From: Macrostomum lignano
Lineage: Eukaryota
DNA length: 64,000 bases
Assembly (NCBI GenBank): GCA_002269645.1
Contig: NIVC01002164.1
Coordinates: 124,001 to 188,000, forward strand
Direction: 5' to 3'
In this document: piece after piece, positions 37,904 to 48,399 of the stretch
Layout: the number at the start of each line of letters is the position of its first letter
Position numbering within the stretch: the first letter of the stretch is position 1
Program-made: the position numbers and the translations under genes
Notes under the pieces: model-generated
The model's database searches: none
Seen by the model: the letters and a program-made list of their open reading frames with translations, nothing else
Told to the model about the DNA's origin: nothing

Positions 37904-40900
37904 ATGTCATCCAGTCGGCAGTCTTCATCTCTATTCGGCAGTGCTGCCGATCGCAATCGCCGGCTTCGCCAGCTGCAGGACAAGTTTAACGCACCTCAGC
38001 AGAACGGCTCTCTGCATCAGGCCTCAGCGCAGCAGCTGCGCCGCCCTACCGCCGCCGCCAAGACCGCCAGTCAGCCCGGGCGGCCCGTGTCCATCGTGAA
38101 TCCTTTGAAACCCGCGCTGAAGGCTCAGCCAGGCGTTCCCTCGTTGGTCGCTTCCCTGCCGCAAGCGGCTGAGTCACCTGAGCAGCAGCAGCAGTCACAG
38201 CAGCCGCCGTCTCATCATTCAGTTCACTTTCTGGAGTCGCCATCGCCCGAGAAGCAGCAGCCGGCTCCGCCGCAGGCGCAAAAGCTCGAGCCGATGTTCC
38301 CGTTCGCCACGTACCTCGGCCCGGTGAGCGGCCCTCCTACAAGTTCCGCTGAGGCCAAAAACAGCCGCCCGCGCCAGCAGGTTGTCGGCAGGATGGGCGT
38401 CGGCGGCGTCCGGTACCCGCCGGCCGCAGTCGCCGCTGCAGACGATCGCGGCAGCCCCGTCAAAACCGCTGCGGACGTTGCCGCCGGTCCCTCCGAGTAC
38501 GCCAACTCGACGGTGGTGACAGCTGCGTCGGTTGCAGAGCCGGTGCGCCGCCGATCGAGACTTCGCTCGCCTCCACCGCCGGAGCAGCCGCAACAACAGC
38601 AGCAGCAGCTTCAACAACAACAGCAAAAACAACATCAACAACAACAACAACAACCAAAACAACAGCAAAAACAACAACAACAGCAGCAGCAACAGCAGCA
38701 GCAACAGCAGCAGCAACAGCAGCAACAACAGCAGCAACAACAGCAACAACATCAGCAACAACAGCAGCAACAGTATTATCAGCCCGAACCGCAGCCTGCT
38801 CCGCCTCTGCCGCAACCGTCGCCGCGAATTCGAAGTCCACGACCGCCAACTCCGCAATTATCGTCGTCTCCCTCGCCTCCGCCGCCGACTCCGCCGCTGT
38901 CGCAGCCAGCTCGCCCGCCTGATCGGCCGGCCCGCCGGGCGGCGGCGCGGAAGCCGCGCGGCAGAGCGGCGGCCTCCCAGCCGGAGCCTCAGCCGCAAGC
39001 AGATCCGGAGAGCGCCAACCGCAAGCAGCACGCTGACGATGTTGTCCGCGAGCTGATCTCCATGGACCGGGTGATCAGCAATGTTGACGAAGATCTCGGC
39101 TGCATCGACAGCACCATCGGCCGCATGACCAGCAAGACTCTGTCAATGACGGCCGCCGCGGCAGCCGGTGACAATCAAGGGGATGATGACTATTCTGGCC
39201 GCGACTTTGCCGCTTCTGTCGTCAACGAGTCTCTGGGCGACGCTCAAGTTCAAACGGAGCCAGTTGCTGCTTCTAGAAAGCAACAGAGAAAAAATTCTTC
39301 CAGCAGTAGCAGCAGCAGCTCCTCTAGCAGTAGTAGCAGCAGCAGCTCCAGCTCTTCTAGTAGCAGCAGCAGCAGCCGCAAGAAGAAAAAGTCCAAAGCA
39401 GCCGTGCCATTTCGCTCCTACGCATCTTCTGTTGAGCCGGCGGAGTCGGTAGCCAGGCAGCAGCGCAAGTCGCGCCGCCCGGAGTCGCCGATCTACGCCA
39501 ATCTGGCGCCTCCTTTGCCCACTGGCGCGGAGGCTTGGCGTGGCGCCGGCGCGGTGCCTGGGCAGCTGCACGAGCAGCGCCAGCGGGGATCCAAGAATCG
39601 GGTAAGTTGCTCAGGGCGCTCTTTTCTATCTCATTTAAATACTATTTTTCTGAAATTCTGACTCTTTGCTCTCTTTTTTTTGACTCTCCTCGCTCTCTTT
39701 TTCTGACTCTTCTTGCTCTCTTTTTCTGACTCTCCTTGCTCTCTTTTTCTGACTCTCCTCGCTCTCTTTCTGACTCTCCTTGCTCTCTTTTTCTGACTCT
39801 CTGACTCTCCTCGCCCTCTTTCTGACTCTCCTCGCTCTCTTTCTGACTCTCCTCGCTCTCTTTCTGACTCTCCTCGCTCTCTTTCTGACTCTCCTCGCTC
39901 TCTTTCTGACTCTCCTTGCTCTCTCTTTCTGACTCTCCTTGCTCTCTTTTTCTGACTCTCTGACTCTCCTCGCCCTCTTTCTGACTCTCCTCGCTCTCTT
40001 TCTGACTCTCCTCGCTCTCTTTCTGACTCTCCTCGCTCTCTTTCTGACTCTCCTCGCTCTCTTTCTGACTCTCCTTGCTCTCTCTTTCTGACTCTCCTTG
40101 CTCTCTTTTTCTGACTCTCTGACTCTCCTCGCCCTCTTTCTGACTCTCCTCGCTCTCTTTCTGACTCTCCTCGCTCTCTTTTTCTGACTCTCCGTGCTCT
40201 CTTTCTGACTCTCCTCGCTCTCTTTCTGACTCTCCCTGCTCTCTTTCTGACTCTCTCTAGCTACTTTTCTGCCAATTGTATTGAAACCGCATTTTTCGTT
40301 TTTAAATAGCATTTTTGCATAATGTTTGCGCAGAGCCCAACTGCCTTATTAAACATATTGCAGTAAAGAATTCCTGTCAAGTGGGCACGGGTTCAATAGC
40401 TATTCATTATGAAGGGAAGGCCTTCGTCAGTCAGCCAGAAAGCGCTGCGCAGTTTTTTTAACAGCATTCCTGCATTCTAATTGCGCGGTTGCGTGCTTAT
40501 TTGTATGGCTCTGCCTGCAGGATTTGTTGCTAGGGGCGATCGGGTCTCGAATGTCAGTTGCAACTATCAACTAAATTATTGCATATTTTCAAAAATTTGC
40601 AGAATCCCGCCGAGTCTCGCCGATCCCGGCACGCTTCCGCTGATCCGCTGATTGCGTCATCACAGCTGGCGCCACCGGCTGAACCGCGGCGCCACAGGTC
40701 CGCAACCCCGGACTCGAGCCGGGCGCGCCACTTGCCTGGCAAGGTCAGTTTGATGCTGCGTGTCTCACCTGTATATCCTGCATCTATTCTCACCTGTATA
40801 TCCTGCATCTATTCCACCTGTATATCCTGCATCTATTCCACCTGTATATCCTGCATCTATTCTCATCTGTATATCCTGCATCTATTCTCACCTGTATATC

Positions 40901-43900
40901 CTGCATCTATTCTCACCTGTATATCCTGCATCTATTCTCACCTGTATACCATGCATCTATTCTCACCTGTATATCCTGCATCTATTCTCTTCTGTATATC
41001 CTACATCTATTCTCACCTGTATATCCTGCATCTATTCTCACCTGTATACCATGCATCTATTCTCACCTGTATATCCTGCATCTATTCTCACCTGTATACC
41101 ATGCATCTATTCTCACCTGTATATCCTGCATCTATTCTCACCTGTATACCATGCATCTATTCTCACCTGTATATCCTGCATCTATTCTCACCTGTATACC
41201 ATGCATCTATTCTCACCTGTATATCCTGCATCTATTCTCACCTGTATATCCTGCATCTATTCTCACCTGTATATCCTGCATCTATTCTCACCTGTATATC
41301 CTGCCTGTGTATGAGTGCGTGCCTTCGAAAAATCGAATTCAACTGTGATTTTCGCCCAGGTCGCCGACTTCCCTCAAGGCCCTGACGCCGACCACGCCGC
41401 AGATGTCTACCGAAGGCACCGACGAAGTCGTCATCGCGGCGAATCGGACGAGCCGGCATCCGCATCGGCCTCCGTCTCGCTGGACTTTGACGACGAAGTT
41501 GAAAGCGAAGCCGCCTCGAACGGCCGCCGCAACAACAGCCGGCAGCGGCAGCAGGCTCCCATCTACCTCAACATGTCGTACGAGAGCGACTCCTCCCGCG
41601 CCAACTCCAGCGCCACCTACCGCAGGCAGAGCCGGCAGCAGTCCGGCAGCCATCGCCGGCATCCGGCCGCTGTCGCGGCAGCGTCGCGCGGCAGCTCGCT
41701 GGCTCGGGCGGTGCGCCAGCAGCAGACCCGGTCGGCCGACCTCACCGGCTTCGAGGAGGATGGCGACGACAGCGCGGCGGCCGGCTGGGACTCGCGGCGC
41801 CAGGAGAGCCAGTACGCCAACCTGGCTAGCCTGGCTCGCGCCCGCAGCCTCGACCACCTGCGCGTCGCCGCGTCGTCCGCTCAAAGCAGCAGCTCGTCGG
41901 TTGTCGGCTCGGTGTCGCCGATGCTCGGGCCGGCTGGGAGCTCCGCTTCGCTGCACCTGGCCGCCAGAGACACGGACGAGCTGGCCGGCATGCTGGAGCG
42001 CTATCTTCGACGGCGTCGCGACGAGAAGATCGGCCGCCTGATGCGCGCCCTGGCCAAGCACGACCCGGCCAAGTACGCCCGGCTCATGTCGCGCTACGCC
42101 GACGTCATCGGGGGCGGCGTGGTTGCCGAGCAGCGGCTGCCGGCCTGGGGACGCGCCACCGCCGCCGCTCCTGTCGCCTCCCTTCGACGGTCGGTCAATC
42201 TGGACGCAGACGTTGATGATGATGAGGTAGAGAGGCTGCAGTTGGAGCCGGGCATTGTGTACCTGCCAGTGCCGCTGGTTAACAATGACGGTCGTCGGAT
42301 TGACGACAACTCGTTGGCCGTTGTCAGGGACGCTCCCGGTGGCGTCGCTATGGAGCAGGTGGGGATTGAACTGCTGTTGCATTGGGGAGACAGGAGATAG
42401 GGAGACAGGAGATGGAGAGACAGGGGATGGTGAGACAGGGGATGGAGAGACAGGGGATGGAGAGACAGGGGATGGGGAGACAGGGGATGGGGAGACAGGG
42501 GATGGGGAGACAGGGGATGGAGAGACAGGGGATGGGGAGACAGGGGATGGAGAGACAGGGGATGGAGAGAGAATCTGAGCGAAAGCTGTGGGTGAGTGGG
42601 AAAGGTGAAAATGGAGCGATGGAGAGTAAAGAAGGGAGTGAGAAAGAGAAGAGAGATTTCCTTGGCCCGCCTCATGGACAATAAAAATCACAACTTCCCT
42701 GTAGCCTACTGACAGTAGTAGCATGCGCAACTTGCTGGGCTTCCCCGCAGGCTCGCCAGATCATGTGGGACGCCAGCGAGCCGGAGGCCGCGCTGCCTTA
42801 TACCATATCCGGCCCGGCCCCGGAGCCGGAGCCGCCAACGCCGCTGCCGGCGAAACTCTCCTCCGCCGGTGCCTCCGCCTGGCGCCATGTGGACACTCGG
42901 GTGCAGGACTTCATCGACAAATCGCCGCCGACTCTGGGCAGCTTCTCCGGCCTCGTTGGCCGCCTCTGCTCGCCTTGCCGCACCGAGACGGAGCGCTGCC
43001 GGGCGCTGTTCGTCTATCTCACCTGCCACTCGGCCGACAGCTTCGGCCGGCCTGTGCTCTACGACAGCCGGGCGCCGGCGTCCACGCTGGTGGGCTGGCT
43101 GCGCCGGCTCGGCCGCGGGGCCGCCTGCCCGCACGAGCTGTTCGCCCTGCTGTGCAGCCGCGCCGGCCTGCACTGCCAGCTTATCGCCGGCTACTCCAAG
43201 GGCGCCAGCTACCTGCCCGGCGCCAATCCGGCTGCCGCTGCCGGGTCCAGATTTCGCAACACCTGGACTGCTGTGCACCTGGACGGAGCCTGGCGGTTTG
43301 TCAACGTAGCCTGGGGCGCCTGGCCAAGGCGGGCCGCCGCTGGAGCCGCCGCTGGAGCCGCCACCCCCGCCGGTCCGGACGAGTTTTTCTTCCTAACGGA
43401 CCCGTGGCAGCACCTGCACCTGCACCTGCCTGACGACAAGCGCTGGCAGCTGCTGCGCGACCCCGTCGCCATGGCGGCGTTCGTCCGGATGCCGCTGCTC
43501 AGGTCGCCGTTTTTTAACGCGGGACTGCGGCTGCTGGACTGGCGCTCCGACCGGCTGGAGGCCGACTCCGACACGGGGCTGGCCAGCGCCGTCGTCTCGT
43601 TGCCCGTCGGAGCCGCCGATGGCCTCCGGGCGGCCTGTCAGCTGACGGCCTGGGAGGCGCCGGAGACGCCGCTGTCAGGCGGCGCTGTGGCCTGCCTGCT
43701 GGGCGGCGGGGGCGGCGGTGTGGCGCCTACCCTGCGACTGATGGCACGACCGCCCAGGGCCGGGCGGTTCTTGCTGAGCCTGTTCGTCGGCCAGAGGGTG
43801 AGCGAGAGCGAGAATGCAATTGTGGGGATGCGAAATTTTATAAGGATATGAGAATCGAGAGAATGATAAGTGAGAATCATGAGAGTGAGAAATTAGAATA

Positions 43901-45741
43901 ATGAGATTGAGAAATGAGAATCATGAGAATGAGAATTATGAGAATGAGAATCATGAGAATAAGAATCAGGAGAATAAGAGTCATGAGAATAAAAAATGAG
44001 AATCATGAGAAAAAAAAATGAGAATCATGAGAATGAGAAATGAGAATCATGAGAATGAGAAATGAGAATGAGATATGAGAGTCATGCGAATGAGAAATGA
44101 GAGTCATGAGAATGAAAAATGAGAGTCATGAGGATGTGAGTCGAAGAGCCACCCACAGAAGGCTTTTCCTAAAAAGCGGCATTCCAATTTCTATTAAATT
44201 TGTTTGCCCCCAGGAGAAGCAGCAACAGCTGCTCGCCGCCACTCTGCTGGTGAACTGCGCCCAGCAGCCGTCGACCCGTCGCACCCCGGCGTCGCCGTTC
44301 CCGCCGGACCCCGCCAGTCAGCCCATCGGCGAGACGCCCGCCGCCGCCCGCCTCGGCGTCGGGTTTCCCGGCGCGGACCCCCTGCTGCGGCATCAGCCGG
44401 GCGGCGAGCCGCCCCATCAGCGACTGCCGCTGACGCTGCTGGCGCCCGCCGAAGCCGGCTCCGGCCTCCGCATCGCGCACACCCTGACCAGATACGCGCC
44501 TGGCGCGGCGGAGAGATGCGACTCCTACGCGCTGCTGCAGGGCGGGCGCGAGTACTGGCTGGCCTGTCCGCAGACCGGGGGCTCGGGCGCTGCCGCCTGC
44601 CTGCTGTTGGTGAGTGACCGCTAAGTGCCGTTGGATGAATCACTAACAGATGTTTTTTTTAATTGGCTCAAAGATTCACGCTTAAATTGAATGAGTCACA
44701 CTCGTCTATGTGAATGAGTCACACTCGTCTCTGTGGATGAGTCACACTCGTCTATGTGAATGAGTCACACTCGTCTCTGTGGATGAGTCACACTCGTCTC
44801 TGTGAATGAGTCACACTCGTCTCTGTGAATGAGTCACACTCGTCTCTGTGAATGAGTCACACTCGTCTCTGTGAATGAGTTACACTCGTCTCTGTGAATG
44901 AGTCACACTCGTCTCTGTGAATGAGTCACACTCGTCTCTGTGAATGAGTCACACTCGTCTCTGTGAATGAGTCACACTCGTCTCTGTGAATGAGTCACAC
45001 TCGTCTCTGTGAATGAGTCACACTCGTCTCTGTGGATGAGTCACACTAGTCTCTGTGAATAAGTCACAATCGTCTCTGTGAATGAGTCACACTCGTCTCT
45101 GTGAATGAGTCACACTCGTCTCTGTGGATGAGTCAAACTCGTCTCTGTAAATGAGTCACACTCGTCTCTGTGAATGAGTCACACTCGTCTCTGTGGATGA
45201 GTCACACTCGTCTCTGTGAATGAGTCACACTCGTCTCTGTGGATGAGTCACACTCGTCTCTGTGAATGAGTCACATTCAAAGTTACGCGGCCGCTCTCTC
45301 CAGGTGTACGCGGGCCGCCAAGCCGACCCCGAGCTGTCCTGCGTCTATCGTTGCGTCCTGCTGGCCTCGGAGTCGCCGCCGTCCGCACCGCCGCCGGAGC
45401 CGTTCCCGCTGCAGACCAGCCTGTTCTGCGGCTGCCGCCTGGTGGAGCCGCTCGCCCAGTGCCTGCCAGCCGGTCGGACTCACGCGTTCCGCCTCGAGGC
45501 GCCCGGATTCCGGGCGCTGTCGCTGGTGCTGAACGACGGCGCCGCCTGGTTTGACATGCGCCGGCGCCGCGGCGCCAACGGAAGCGAGCAGTGGTCGAAG
45601 CGGCTGCGACTCGCCGCCGCCGGGGCCGCCGACGCCGCCGTCAGTCTGGCCGTGTACGGGCAGCCAGCTGGCGACAGGGAGGGCCGCTTCTGCAAGCTGC
45701 TGGACTTTGATATCGTGGCCGGCGCGAAGGCTAAGGCTTGA
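37904..45741 (+). CDS. Hillarin/LTD-1/KY-like transglutaminase-fold protein with a long low-complexity N-terminus, ~1572 aa
   Basis: Exons 37904-39601, 40603-40743, 41360-42358, 42751-43797, 44214-44609, 45304-45741 (all phase 0, GT-AG). Core HELFALLCSRAGLHCQLIAGYSKGASYLPG, RFRNTWTAVHLDGAWRFVNVAWGA and DEFFFLTDP...WQLL match hillarin-family motifs. An upstream exon cannot be excluded. Confidence 0.85.
39657..40257. repeat. 21-bp pyrimidine-rich minisatellite with 159-bp higher-order period, hillarin-like intron 1
   Basis: CTGACTCTCCTCGCTCTCTTT; the doubled CTGACTCT variant recurs at 39793, 39952 and 40111. Confidence 0.95.
40764..41303. repeat. 25-bp minisatellite, hillarin-like intron 2
   Basis: CACCTGTATATCCTGCATCTATTCT, about 21 copies. 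Confidence 0.95.
42385..42570. repeat. 15-bp purine-rich minisatellite, hillarin-like intron 3
   Basis: GAGACAGGGGATGG(A/G), about 12 copies. Confidence 0.95.
43845..44135. repeat. Degenerate ATGAGA(A/G)T(C) repeat, hillarin-like intron 4
   Basis: Repeated ATGAGAATC / ATGAGAATG modules. Confidence 0.85.
44692..45275. repeat. 23-bp minisatellite containing TGAGTCA, hillarin-like intron 5
   Basis: GTGAATGAGTCACACTCGTCTCT, about 25 copies. Confidence 0.95.
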
Positions 45742-45862
45742 CTCATCTGAGATTGCTTAGATTGTGTCCAAGTGCTTAGTAGCCATGCCACAGCGGTAAC
45801 CCTGGCGACGACCTAACCCTGGCCTAACCTAAATTTTGGCGGTAATTTTTGTCGAGTCTCCC

Positions 45863-45868
45863 AATAAA
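45863..45868 (+). terminator. Candidate polyadenylation signal of the hillarin-like gene
   Basis: AATAAA about 120 nt after the stop codon. Confidence 0.45.
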
Positions 45869-47534
45869 AACGCCTTAATTAAGACAGCCCGCCGTCCAGT
45901 GGTGCTTTTATCGGGATACCCCTCATGGGGCGATGTATTTATAGTGGGTGTTCTTCTGGTGGGAAGGCAATTAGAGAGTGGGCTGGCTGCATGGATTAAT
46001 CATTCTTATCAATGTACACTCTGGATAGCCCGATACACGTAGATATCGATAATGTACATTCCTTAGCCTAGCCAGAGGCAGGAGAGAGGGTGACCTTTGG
46101 AATCACCCGGTCGTTACTAGTGGCAACACGCTCAGGGGAAGTCACGTGACAGCTGCTTCTAATCAGACCGATTTTTGCAGTACTGAAGTGAGATAAATTG
46201 CTTGAGTGATGACCTACATGTACATTCAACTGGTTTGGTTGTTTAAATTTCGGCAGGGCAGTAAACAGTAGTGATGTTGCACTTATTATCATGTATTTGG
46301 ATTCGCTGATTATCAATATAATTTTAACTGCCTGTATCTGTGGAGTCTCCGTTGTTAATATTCATTCCATTTCGACAGTAGTTTTTGTCCGACTGTACAT
46401 ATAGCGTTCGCCATGCATTCCAATATACAACCTACATACACAAGTCTATCTGCCGGCTTTACACTTCTCGGATTGAAAAAAGCTTTACTTTTACGCTCTG
46501 TGCTCGCATATCAGTTTTCTATTTTTCTGTAATTTTCTCTTTCCAATAACTTTGTCATGACAACTTTAGATGGAAAAATAGGAGAATTCTCTACAGAAGT
46601 TGCATGCTGTACTTTATTTAATATTAGCATATACACGGAATGTACAGATGCATGTCTCCCCTTTGTCCCGAATGTACTCAAGCTGCAATTTCTATAACTC
46701 CTACGAACTGCATACCTGTCTGTTTTTACTAAACAAATAAAATACGGGCTTGATATAGCAATTTCTCTCTGAATTAAAAAATTGCTACTGAAATTGTGCT
46801 ACTGATATTAGCCAAACCGCGCCCGAACGCTTATGCTAACCTGATATTTTATTAATCTCGCCCCCCGAGGGACGGCAGGACAGACTCCATGGTTATGACC
46901 AAACAGCAAGAAAATGAGGATCAAAGCCGAACCGGGTGGCATTTTGCTCTGGTTGGCAGCATAGCAAAGTGGCTCTTTTATCTGCTTTGTTTTAGATTAT
47001 TATTAAGAATATAGTAATTATATAAAAATTCACAAATGTAAATAGCTGAATAATACTCAGATACAAACAGGCCTATGCATATAAAGTAATATTTCATATT
47101 ACTATTCACAGTAGCATGCAAGCAGATTTGCGGCGAGCGGCTGAGGATTGAAAAGCTATTTCAAAGCTAATCATGCAGGGTGCAATAAAAGTACAAATAG
47201 AGGTGGCAGGTCCAGCACTGGTTAGCACAGACTGCAGCCAAGTGCAGGCTTAGCAAGCAGATATGAATTAAATTGTGAAAACCAACGTTAAGTTTGTATT
47301 AATCAAAACAATTCACGGGTTTTATTTGAACCAAATACAACCCGTGAATTGTGAAACCCGTGAAAAACACTTGTGAACCAAACGGTTACGAAATTCTCAC
47401 TTTATTAACACGTCTAAAATTTCAGAAAATATCTGAAGTATTGATTCTTTTTTTAATACTAATGTTCAAGGGACTGGCACAAGTGCTACAACAACAACTA
47501 AAAATAGCTACTAGCCAATAAAACTGAGGTTGCA

Positions 47535-47740
47535 CCCAAGGTCAAATAGAGCTGCCAGCCAATAAAACGAGTTGAAGGGAGCCCAAGGTCAAATTAAGCT
47601 GCCTGCCAATGAAATGAGTCGAAGGGAGTCCCCAAGGTCTAATTAAACTGCCAGCCAATGAAATGAGTCGATGGGAGTCCCCAAGGTCTAATTAAACTGC
47701 CAGCCAATGAAATGAGTCGATGGGAATTCCAAGGTCAAGT
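47535..47740. repeat. 47-49-bp tandem repeat (4 units plus a partial unit)
   Basis: CCAAGGTC(A/T)AAT..A(G/A)CTGCCAGCCAAT.AAA.GAGT.GA.GGGAG. Confidence 0.85.
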
Positions 47741-48399
47741 GACTCGAAAAGAGCCGTCAGCTAATAGAGAGTTCTAGAAAAGAATCTAATTGAAGTTGGT
47801 TTCCATGAAAATCCGTACTTTTTCTGAGCGCTCAGCATTGAACTGCGGCAACATTCCTTTATATAATAAAATCAATAACACTAAGGAAGTTTAAAACAGA
47901 GTATTCGTTTATTATATAACAGATACGCATATTTGCATACGAGGTGCGGCACAAGGCGACGTGGTAAAACGGGTTACGAGCTAAGCTTAGTGAGTAAAAG
48001 CGTTAGTAAGATAAACTATTTATGTACTAAATTCAAATAGCAAATTCAGTGAATGTTATGCAGCTTCACCACAATTCAGCTATTTATAAGGTTAACTGAC
48101 AAATATAGGGAAGTACAGAATTATTAATTAAAATATAACGCGGCTAGGTTTTCAGCAAGGCAAAGAACTGTGAAGCGCAGTAAAACAAGCAATACTTGCT
48201 AGCGATTACTTGTAATCCAATTTAGATTCTCTATCAGTTTTAGCGGTTACAACACAACCAACTCAAAAATTGATGTAATAAGCAACTCTCTTGTCTAACC
48301 AGGTAAGGCAAAGCCGTGCAAATTAAAAATGGGCAGAAGTCAACGGATTTCAGCGCATCCGATTGCAACCTAAACAAAGTTTACAGGCGCCTGGCCGCT

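Noticed and set aside
46268-46290. TAGTGATGTTGC, a hAT-like TIR start
   Set aside because: I found no matching inverted end or TSD nearby.
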